Shown in pieces: positions 47,901-53,764 of a stretch of 64,000 nucleotides of DNA (position 1 is its first letter; each line of letters starts with the position of its first letter). Source of the stretch: an uncultured Thermoplasmatales archaeon (GTDB taxonomy: Archaea; Thermoplasmatota; Penumbrarchaeia; Penumbrarchaeales; Penumbrarchaeaceae); assembly GCA_964445525.1 (NCBI GenBank), contig CAYULA010000014.1, positions 10,492 to 74,491 on the forward strand, in the 5' to 3' direction. The notes under the pieces were generated by a model that was not told the origin of the DNA, searched no databases, and saw only the letters and a list, made by a program, of their open reading frames with translations. A program made the translations under genes and the position numbers.

Positions 47901-48217
47901 CCGATGGTGACGGCATGCCTGACTGGTGGGAGGACCTACACGGATTTAACAAGACAGATCCTTCCGATGCTTCAGGGGACCTCGACGGTGACGGGAGGAC
48001 AAATCTGGAGGAATTCAATAATGGGACCGATCCGGAGAATATTGATGAACCTGCAGATGACGACGACGATGACGACGATGAAGAGGAAGATGATGATGGT
48101 GGAATCGGTGGTCTGTTAATCTGTGCGATCCCCGTAATGATAGTTATAATCCTGATTGCGGTGATCGTTGTGGTTGTCTTTATAAAACGGGGAGGTAAAT
48201 CCGAAATAGAGGAATAG
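41918..48217 (+). CDS. giant (~2,100 aa) multidomain surface protein: LamG-like, FN3-like, PA14, CARDB-like, Asp-rich Ca-binding repeats, mid-chain TM hairpin, BNR-type propeller repeats, C-terminal TM anchor
   Basis: This is a single uninterrupted ORF that opens at 41864. ATG at 41918 follows GGGGGT and gives the signal/anchor KIKSIVISVLMVLTSIILVQG. The PA14 block is GLRGFYYNNSNL...FSVSWRGYL...TTTDDGLRLWVDGDLIIDDWNNH. BNR-like motifs are SDDRGESWG and TDTDGNWDE. The C-terminus is DDDDDDDEEEDDDG + TM + KRGGKSEIEE. Confidence 0.85.
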   Translation: MFGLEKRTGRMLKIKSIVISVLMVLTSIILVQGSEKAYSVSSGDLVLHYNFNEGSGQNVSDSSGNGWDATLGLDYEEGERDPEWVSGVNGTCLEFDGVEDLVMCNPFDMPEDEFTVAFWLKTGENDRRIYPFSYAVEGEDNELLIYMDDDITVEVDWPNEFHVDRDLRDNEWHHLAITWRSDNGTIDMYVDGILERSATTAEGETLEQNGSLMLGYEQDSVGGGFENEQGFAGSMDELIITGSYMNSTEIMDLFGEYNPPPSGLEIFPGSQFLDLSWNSAEDLGLDFYNIYRVGPEDIGSGLRGFYYNNSNLTDLRFSRIDDQVNFDWGFDSPGGDIDDETFSVSWRGYLKLENDGQYDFYTTTDDGLRLWVDGDLIIDDWNNHASTERTAYKYLERGFHSIRLDYYDNSLTATVKMEMDGPRSPRMIIPSDLLFSFNLTEMESIGTSASNNFRDSDLESGSPYFYQISYIDGDGIESGRSGIEGGIPSVPSTFIVNPYEADGTVGQKLKFRLTIGNDARYNDWFELEVLEPFAGWVTLEGDEYFIESGRREYLDMFVDIPLNATDGTVQIRMEMKSSLNDVVQVASVWIDISTDPVLMNLRPYDGFRSGSTEIMISWDTAILSSTKAYLKKKDESTYTEYNGTNGIYHVVNISGLSRETYYEYYVVSVSEFGSTQSDVRDFYVDKGVQFKVSLMDESIKRDYGQMVTVHVQNTDDKLHHVIVTVDNPHDDLVAGFVGSGSTDRSLPVMPGTTSVVKLALHAQDAKDIEHRLFLNLTTVSSDGDEPLKSYAVMKVRLDHVFVNLTLTEVSTDPYTLTKKIRIENTDDTVTDLRVYSQDRYSSYLNMEPSIQHGNLRSGHSIEIDISPQLTFSFIPFTSTIFVSAYDKTYHIDLDFSPPSGWDVFCASLFPNWGGFPFVEIPENDMDMDGLLDGEDDDIDGDGIPNSEEPSFTMDTDNDGFPNMIDPDDDGDGNPDISDPWRIDFDNDWIPNYIDPDRDGDGIDNINDTYPDDLDNDGINNGRDLDDDNDRIKDSDDYHPQDHDNDGENDDKDSDDDNDLISDVSDTYPYDQDNDGNPDVDDGDWKGGGEASPKSNKWNPNPAPGGSPGNFGGGGGSDSSGGSDWYCTNKPELDLAELLLFLFDLGMILFGLVTGILAASATAACMWGLIGIIGGFIKDQAMDAAWGSFEDMTGFNWAATRKSFVQSGLDFFGLSRGTKNSGPTRGIDDVLKYYNLAETDTSDYPVTLVNTNGIHYFWQEEVDSVVQIHYATSQEITRQPVEEILLTNTSTDSVDPSVISDPYGRIYLVYAENGPSSSRLMVKWTDTDGNWDESVEVASSTGNIHQPQMMKDSRGRSHLVWMDSRYGNYEIMHSYSDSLYHDHPHIETPKRLTDTLSVSAQPEIGIGGNNDVHVVWSDGSGASREIYHIMSDDRGESWGSNYQVSNSGNGTGEPALALTEQNVVHVVWKDSRHGESELYYRKGPDSASSWGEEERLTDDTSYSEFPVLNIYKENLILTWHDDRTNIDLLYFKTYNSTEGEWSLTKRVPAGIPTLDSLFFELELTPKDSSGEVKPHDFYLMLDDIVIGSVINQVPDGKYLFEIPMDVLSAASAARSTGKLKLVTKHMNPGHYTVAANWKLMWHFTYDNTYVCAPDQYTADMYLRENLSDRWLTEDPAIYANDISLSDSMPDLNDTIQITATVRNQGGDAAQDVEVRFYEQEPGNSSRQIGDTLIIESLAPHGNESVTVQWTASSNASRIYVVVDEDEKINELVETNNVEYIRVTVLREEPPKCMISINGGNLYTHRDYVIISIETDSANEVSHYSLSNDNITWSDWMWINTHVSWYLEEDTRSDTIEEDQRTIYCKVMDMAGLQSEVISAKIGYYPDNPVVLNSSLNEGIVDVNESISIEFNNPMDDISTRTSVILEPSLDGSFFWENYTLFFKPMDGWEPDLIYNITILDTAMDFAGREIDREYNWSFIAIEEGPGDDDDDDYTDTDGDGMPDWWEDLHGFNKTDPSDASGDLDGDGRTNLEEFNNGTDPENIDEPADDDDDDDDEEEDDDGGIGGLLICAIPVMIVIILIAVIVVVVFIKRGGKSEIEE
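44678..45170 (+). repeat. Asp-rich thrombospondin-type-3-like calcium-binding repeat region (coding)
   Basis: About 165 aa of reiterated DxDxDGxxDxxD-type units (DIDGDGIPN, DTDNDGFPN, DDDGDGNPD, DRDGDGIDN, DLDNDGINN, DHDNDGEND, DQDNDGNPD). Confidence 0.6.
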
Positions 48218-48272
48218 AATGTTAAAAGACAATGTTACATTTTAATAAATATCAAGTCGTTTGAACGTTTGG

Positions 48273-49061
48273 ATGATATCACCCGGCACGAGGTCCGCAA
48301 TATCGGTTATTCTAGCATTTCTTATGTTCAGTCTCTGGACCGCCGACCTGATCCTCCTCTTTCAACTGGACCTTGCGGAGATTCCATTCTGGATTGTACC
48401 TCTGGCAATGTTATGGCATGCTTATGTTGATACGGGACTCTTCATAACCGCTCATGACTCCATGCACGGGTCAATACTTCCAAGGCACAGGAAACTCAAC
48501 AACCTTGTGGGAGTTATCGCAGTATTTCTCTATGCAATGTTTTCCTACAATAAGCTAAGAACAAAGCATTGGGAGCATCACAGGAATCCCGCAACGGAAA
48601 AGGATCCTGATTTTCATGACGGTAAACACAAAGGATTCTTTCCATGGTATTTCAGATTCATGAAGAAATACCTGACCATTCCTCAACTGGCCGGCATGGG
48701 TATTATTTTCGGTTTCTTCACTTTCATTGTCGGTGTTGCGGTTGAGAATGTAATCCTGTTCTGGATGGTTCCCGCTTTCCTCTCCACATATCAACTATTC
48801 TATTTCGGAACCTATTTACCGCACAGGGAACCGGAGGAAGGCTATACCAACAGGCACAGGGCCAGGTCCAATCCTTACCCCTATTTCGTATCACTTGCCA
48901 CCTGCTACCATTTCGGATATCATCTGGAACATCATGTTTTTCCCCAGGCCCAGTGGTGGTTGTTACCCCGTGTGAGGTCCAAATGGAAGAAATTGAAGAA
49001 AACCGTTGATGAATTTGATAATACAAAGGGAGCAAGAAAGGAATTTATGGAAAAAATTTAA
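48273..49061 (+). CDS. crtW: beta-carotene ketolase CrtW-like membrane di-iron enzyme (fatty-acid desaturase superfamily)
   Basis: It has three His boxes (HDSMHGS; HWEHHRNP; HLEHH) plus the CrtW-like blocks FITAHDSMHGS, DPDFHDG, FFPWYFRF, FGTYLPHR and NRHRARS. The ORF opens at TTG 48261. Confidence 0.8.
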   Translation: MISPGTRSAISVILAFLMFSLWTADLILLFQLDLAEIPFWIVPLAMLWHAYVDTGLFITAHDSMHGSILPRHRKLNNLVGVIAVFLYAMFSYNKLRTKHWEHHRNPATEKDPDFHDGKHKGFFPWYFRFMKKYLTIPQLAGMGIIFGFFTFIVGVAVENVILFWMVPAFLSTYQLFYFGTYLPHREPEEGYTNRHRARSNPYPYFVSLATCYHFGYHLEHHVFPQAQWWLLPRVRSKWKKLKKTVDEFDNTKGARKEFMEKI

Positions 49062-49086
49062 AAAAAAAGGGGGCCAAGAAGCCCCC
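49060..49086 (-). terminator. hairpin + T-run terminator between convergent crtW-like and DUF4397 genes
   Basis: The stem gggggc/gccccc has a 6-nt loop. On the minus strand it is followed by T9. It sits 25 nt past the stop of the 49111..49890 gene. Confidence 0.5.
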
Positions 49087-49110
49087 TGCATTTAGTTATC
49101 CGATATTATT

Positions 49111-49890
49111 TTACCGATCTAAAACAAGAAGAGCTCCAAGAGAAGGTTCATCCTCTCCGGGAGATACGAGACCGGTAGCGAATACGGTGTACATTCTGCC
49201 TCTTTTAAGCATCACGTCATCCACAGACAGGACAACGGTGTCTGTTCCTGCCAGTCTCACCTCGAGGTCATAGGATCCTTTCCTTACCCTGAGGTAGTCC
49301 TCCACATCCGTGAACTGGACGTTGGAGAACAGGACCGGACCATCCTTGACGGCAACGTCCACAGCCGGTGCGTCAGGAGATGTATGGACGAATCTTACAG
49401 AGGACCTGAACCATGACCTGGAATACCTGAAATCTTCCAGAACTATGGGCTGGATGTTCTCTAGCTTGTCAGCGGCCACGATTGTGTAGTCCCTGAGTGG
49501 CCTGGCCTTGAGATCAGCATCGATCACCACAGGTGATGTCTGACCTGCGGGAACGACCTGTATATTGTATGTGTCTCTTCCTCTCGAGAACGGAACCCTT
49601 ATGTAATCTGTAACCTCACTGAATTTGAGGCTGCTGACCACCTTGTTTCCATCGACCCATATATCAACCGCCGGAGCATCCGGGGAGAGGTGGACGGCCC
49701 TGATCCTTGCATCGGTCCATCTCCATCTCCAATTTCCCCAGGATTCTTCCTCTTTCTCATCGTCATCCCTTCGCCATCTTCTCGCATCAACATCTGCTGC
49801 AACCAAAACCGACCCGAGGATCATAAGCACGAGGATCCCGAGGACGGCAAACATGTGTGTTCTTTTCACCTTCAAACCTCCTATAAACAT
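49111..49890 (-). CDS. secreted/anchored DUF4397-domain protein (two repeats)
   Basis: It has an N-terminal TM/signal (FAVLGILVLMILGSVLVAA) and two copies of (I/V)R.VH.SPDAPAVD(I/V).V. Confidence 0.75.
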   Translation of the reverse strand: MFIGGLKVKRTHMFAVLGILVLMILGSVLVAADVDARRWRRDDDEKEEESWGNWRWRWTDARIRAVHLSPDAPAVDIWVDGNKVVSSLKFSEVTDYIRVPFSRGRDTYNIQVVPAGQTSPVVIDADLKARPLRDYTIVAADKLENIQPIVLEDFRYSRSWFRSSVRFVHTSPDAPAVDVAVKDGPVLFSNVQFTDVEDYLRVRKGSYDLEVRLAGTDTVVLSVDDVMLKRGRMYTVFATGLVSPGEDEPSLGALLVLDR

Positions 49891-50099
49891 AGGTTGAAGC
49901 TAATAAAGCTAACTTTATAGATATCAGGTGTCCCTACCATATGATGGATCGTTTGCAGATATGAATGTCCAGCATGAGATTATCCCTCAATAGAAAGTTA
50001 GATAAAGGTATCCGACCAATTTATTCATATCCAAGATAACCATAATTGAAATAAAATAGGGTTTTATTTGGATTATAGTTAAATAAGGGGGCATAAACG

Positions 50100-50855
50100 G
50101 TGAAGTTAGATAAACTGCTTTGGGCCGGTGTCGGATTCGGTATTGCCGTATCATCCGTGACCGCTATAATCCTCTTTCTGCCCATTGATGGTCAGGACGA
50201 GGAGGAAAATGAGGAAACCACCGGAAATACCGGTGGGGTTTACTTTCTGAAAATAGAAGGGATAGAGGGAGAATGTTCGGATCCCGGGCATGACAGCTGG
50301 AGTGAGATATCCTCATTCAGCCAGAGTATAATAATGAGATCCGGCGGAGGATCCTCTTCCGGGAGGACAAGATCCGAAGGTTCCTCCTCAATTCAGACAT
50401 TCACCATATCAAAGAGAGTTGACAAGGCAACACCGAGGATCCTCGAGGCCTGTGTGAATGGAGAACTCCTTTCGGAGGTGGAGATCGATTTCTGTTCGAT
50501 CGGAGTATCCGGATATCTGAAAAGTTACATGACCTATACATTGAAAGATGTTTTAGTCGAAGGTTATTCCACACAGGGTCAATCCGAGGATGTGGTTATC
50601 CCGACCGAGGAGACCAACATAAATTCATCCGAACCGCAGTTGAACAACGATTTCATTGTCATAAATCAGCACAGCGAAATGGTAAAATATCAGCCGTCAC
50701 AGATAACCGGTATCAGAAAGATGGAAACCAGGCCTCTGGAGATAGTCACCATCAGCTATGAAGAGATCGAGGTATCCTATACCGAATCCGATGATGAGGG
50801 GGAAAGCAAGGGAAAAGTGCAATACACCTGGAAGATTGAAGGAGCGGAATCTTAG
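50100..50855 (+). CDS. membrane-anchored Hcp-family (T6SS tube protein fold, PF05638-like) protein
   Basis: The GTG start lies 8 nt after AAGGGGG. It has the TM helix LLWAGVGFGIAVSSVTAIILFLPI and an acidic linker, followed by Hcp-like blocks VYFLKIEGIEGECSDPGHDSWSEISSFSQ, FTISKRVDKATPRILEACVNGELL, YTLKDVLVEGYS and VTISYEEIEVSYTE...GKVQYTWKI. Confidence 0.75.
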   Translation: MKLDKLLWAGVGFGIAVSSVTAIILFLPIDGQDEEENEETTGNTGGVYFLKIEGIEGECSDPGHDSWSEISSFSQSIIMRSGGGSSSGRTRSEGSSSIQTFTISKRVDKATPRILEACVNGELLSEVEIDFCSIGVSGYLKSYMTYTLKDVLVEGYSTQGQSEDVVIPTEETNINSSEPQLNNDFIVINQHSEMVKYQPSQITGIRKMETRPLEIVTISYEEIEVSYTESDDEGESKGKVQYTWKIEGAES

Positions 50856-50915
50856 TCCTCCCATATACTACCAAAATCCCTATATGGAGATTAATCACTG
50901 GCATCATCGATATTC

Positions 50916-51875
50916 ATGAACAAATTCGATGAAAAAATTCAGGAAAGTGTCGGCGGAAAGCTGATGACAAAAACCATCCACACCATCCAGGTCAATATCA
51001 CCTTGAAATGCAACCAGGAGTGCACTCACTGCCATCACAAGGCTGGTCCGGATAGGGAGGAGATGATGAATTGGGAGACAATGGAAAGGATAGTGGAGAT
51101 CTCAAAGGATCCTTCAATTGAAATAATCGATATTACCGGGGGAGCACCTGAGGAACATCCAGATTTAAAGAGATTCGTGAAAGCCCTCAAGGATATCGGA
51201 AAGCACGTCATGGTCAGAACAAATCTGACTGCTCTTATGAAGGAGGAAAACAGGCATCTTGCGGAGTTCTTTTGTGACAATTCCATCGAGCTGATAGCCT
51301 CACTTCCCTGCTATGAGGTTGCGGAGGTGGATTGTGTCAGGGGCGATGGAGTTTTTGACACCTCCATTGAAGGATTGAAACTGTTGAATTCATTGGGATA
51401 CGGGAGGGATGATGATCTTAAACTGAATCTTGTGTTCAATCCAATGGCTGATTTTCTTCCTCCGCCCCAGGGAGCTCTGCTTGCAGAATACAAGGAAATA
51501 CTGAAAAAGGAACACGATATCGATTTCACCTCTCTTTTCACCATCACCAATATGCCCATCGGAAGATTCTGGGAGGACCTCAAGAAGAAGGGGAAGGATG
51601 ACCAATACATGAAACTGCTCATGGACAATTTCAATCCCACCACCGTAGACGCGCTGATGTGCAGATTTCAGATAAGTATCGGATGGGACGGAACCATCTA
51701 TGACTGCGATTTCAATCAGGCACTGGGACTGGGTGTTGTTGAGGGCATTCCCAAAAATATCTCTGAAATAGAAAAGTCGGGGCCGGAAACCAGACAGATA
51801 AACACCGGCAACCACTGTTTCGGATGCACGGCCGGGGCAGGATCCTCCTGTGGCGGAGCTCTGCTGGAGGATTGA
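50916..51875 (+). CDS. arsS: radical SAM/Cys-rich-domain protein (TIGR04167, ArsS-type)
   Basis: CNQECTHC is a CX3CX2C radical SAM cluster motif. The C-terminal signature HCFGCTAGAGSSCGGAL is characteristic of the rSAM/selenodomain (DUF3641) family. Confidence 0.8.
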   Translation: MNKFDEKIQESVGGKLMTKTIHTIQVNITLKCNQECTHCHHKAGPDREEMMNWETMERIVEISKDPSIEIIDITGGAPEEHPDLKRFVKALKDIGKHVMVRTNLTALMKEENRHLAEFFCDNSIELIASLPCYEVAEVDCVRGDGVFDTSIEGLKLLNSLGYGRDDDLKLNLVFNPMADFLPPPQGALLAEYKEILKKEHDIDFTSLFTITNMPIGRFWEDLKKKGKDDQYMKLLMDNFNPTTVDALMCRFQISIGWDGTIYDCDFNQALGLGVVEGIPKNISEIEKSGPETRQINTGNHCFGCTAGAGSSCGGALLED

Positions 51876-51876
51876 T

Positions 51877-52569
51877 ATGGTCGAGGACCGACCTTCATGC
51901 ATAGTCCTGATGATAAGATCTCCCGAACCTGGAAAGGTTAAGACCAGACTTGCTGCGGATGTGGGAGATGAAATTGCACTCAAACTCTACCTGGCATTCA
52001 TCGAAGACAGCCTTGAAATGCTTGAAAGATTAAACATTGATGTCATACTCTCAGTGTATTCCAATGACAATAATAGGCAAATCATGGATCATATCCATAA
52101 AGACCATAAAATAATCGATCAGAAAGGAAAGAACCTGGGCGAAAGACAGTGTAATAGCCTGAATGTTGCTTTCAGGCTTGGGTATGGAAAGGCAGTTGTG
52201 ATGGCTGCGGACTGCCCGGACCTGGAACCGGATTTCATCGAGGGGGCATTCGCATCTCTTAACCATTGCGATGCTGTCATCGGTCCCTGTGAAGATGGGG
52301 GTTACTATCTTCTGGGAATAAACAGGGAAAAACTGGATCAAGGTATATTTTCGGATGTTGAATGGGGTAGTGACCAGGTGATGGAAAAAATCAGGTCCAA
52401 TGCTAACCACCTGGGTCTGATCATGTTCGAACTTCCCCTGTGGTATGATGTTGATACATATGATGATCTGGTGGTCATGGGCAATCGAATAAGAGGATCC
52501 GAGAGGGCTCGAAATACCATGGAGATCTTTCCGCAGGCAAGGAAATCGGAGGATCTTCCCCTTGAATGA
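51877..52569 (+). CDS. DUF2064 / TIGR04282-type (CofC-like) transferase associated with ArsS-type rSAM
   Basis: CIVLMIRSPEPGKVKTRLAADVGDEIALKLYLAFIEDSL is the typical DUF2064 N-terminus. The ATG lies 1 nt after the arsS-like stop. Confidence 0.75.
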   Translation: MVEDRPSCIVLMIRSPEPGKVKTRLAADVGDEIALKLYLAFIEDSLEMLERLNIDVILSVYSNDNNRQIMDHIHKDHKIIDQKGKNLGERQCNSLNVAFRLGYGKAVVMAADCPDLEPDFIEGAFASLNHCDAVIGPCEDGGYYLLGINREKLDQGIFSDVEWGSDQVMEKIRSNANHLGLIMFELPLWYDVDTYDDLVVMGNRIRGSERARNTMEIFPQARKSEDLPLE

Positions 52570-52570
52570 G

Positions 52571-53254
52571 ATGAAGATATCCGTTATTGTCCCTGTACTC
52601 AATGAGAAGGACATCATAAACGACCTGATCAGCCACTTACGCTCCCTTCCGGGAGGCAAGGAAGTTGAGATCATAGTGGTGGAAGGATCGAAGGAAAGGG
52701 ATACGATTGAGGCTATAGAGGATGCAACAGTTCTGAAATTGACCTCTCCCCGAGGAAGAGGAATTCAGATGAACACGGGAGCTGATTCTGCTTCAGGTGA
52801 TATTTTTCTATTCCACCATTCGGACAGCAGGCTTCCGGAGGAAGCATTCCGATTGGTCAAGGATTCGTTGAAGGATGAGAGGATCATGGGGGGAGCATTC
52901 ACTCTAAGATTTGACAAGGCGCCCATTCACATGAGAATGGCGTATCCGATTCATGACCTGAGGGGAAGGATAACAAGAATCCCTTTCGGGGATCAGTCAA
53001 TATTTCTCAGAAGGGAAGCCTTCGAGAGACTGGGGGGTTATAAAAATTACAGGATTTTGGAAGATATTGATCTTATGCAAAGGATGAGGAGAAAAGGAAT
53101 CAAGATCAGGATTCTGAAAGAAAAGGTTGTATCCTCCAGCAGAAGATACCTGGAAAGAGGACCGATCAGGAATCTTATCAACAATCTATTCATAATCACC
53201 CTCTTCAAATTGGGAGTGGATCCCAACCGTCTGGAGAAATTATATCCCAAATAG
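52571..53254 (+). CDS. GT2-family glycosyltransferase (TIGR04283-type, rSAM-associated transferase 2)
   Basis: ISVIVPVLNEKDII is a GT2 N-terminal motif. The length and the C-terminal block (FGDQSIFLRREAFERLGGY) fit the family. The start is ATG 52571 or TTG 52562. Confidence 0.75.
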   Translation: MKISVIVPVLNEKDIINDLISHLRSLPGGKEVEIIVVEGSKERDTIEAIEDATVLKLTSPRGRGIQMNTGADSASGDIFLFHHSDSRLPEEAFRLVKDSLKDERIMGGAFTLRFDKAPIHMRMAYPIHDLRGRITRIPFGDQSIFLRREAFERLGGYKNYRILEDIDLMQRMRRKGIKIRILKEKVVSSSRRYLERGPIRNLINNLFIITLFKLGVDPNRLEKLYPK

Positions 53255-53262
53255 TATCTTTT

Positions 53263-53697
53263 TCAGGATCTGGAATATTGACCCATCAGCTGGGTGGAAT
53301 CTATTGAATGCTTTTTTACCTGCTGGTAGAACTCTTTCTTCTCCGAGGCGTTGATATCTTCGGTATCCAGCGCATAAAGTTTGAAGAAATACCTGTGGGT
53401 ACCGCTTGGAGGGGAGGGTCCTCCGTAGTCCGTCTTTCCGAAGTCATTTTTGGCCATCTTTGCATTACCAGGGACATGACCGTGATCTATCTGACCGGGT
53501 TTCGGGGGAAGATTGGACACCAACCAGTGGGTGAAAGTACCTTTGGGCGCATCGGGATCGTCCATTATAAGGGCCAGGCTCCTTGCGTTTGGCGGGACAT
53601 TGTCCCAGGCAAGATGAGGATTGGTATCCCTTCCGTCAGCCGTGAACTCAGGGGGTATTTTTTCTTCGTTTTCGAAATCTTCACTCCATATTCTCAT
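53263..53697 (-). CDS. YbhB/YbcL (PEBP/Raf-kinase-inhibitor-like) family protein
   Basis: DDPDAPKGTFTHWLVSNLP and GPSPPSGTHRYFFKLYALD are the PEBP signatures. Confidence 0.9.
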   Translation of the reverse strand: MRIWSEDFENEEKIPPEFTADGRDTNPHLAWDNVPPNARSLALIMDDPDAPKGTFTHWLVSNLPPKPGQIDHGHVPGNAKMAKNDFGKTDYGGPSPPSGTHRYFFKLYALDTEDINASEKKEFYQQVKKHSIDSTQLMGQYSRS

Positions 53698-53764
53698 ACC
53701 TTCACCTTATGAACCTTGATCTGCGGTTATAAAAAATTTTTCAACCATGGATAAAAGATAGGAT

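Noticed and set aside
51800-51875. Possible selenocysteine recoding in the ArsS-type C-terminal Cys-rich motif
   Set aside because: The motif reads CFGCTAGAGSSCGG with ordinary Cys codons. The ORF runs to a normal stop with no in-frame TGA, and no SECIS-like element needs to be invoked.
52051-52674. 207-aa minus-strand ORF across the DUF2064/GT2 genes
   Set aside because: It is antisense to two family-recognisable CDSs.
41864-53254. Calling this region a type VI secretion or contractile injection locus because of the Hcp-like gene
   Set aside because: No sheath (TssB/C), VgrG/spike, baseplate, TssM/L or dedicated ClpV-type ATPase is recognisable. The neighbours are an adhesin, crtW-like, DUF4397 and rSAM/transferase genes.
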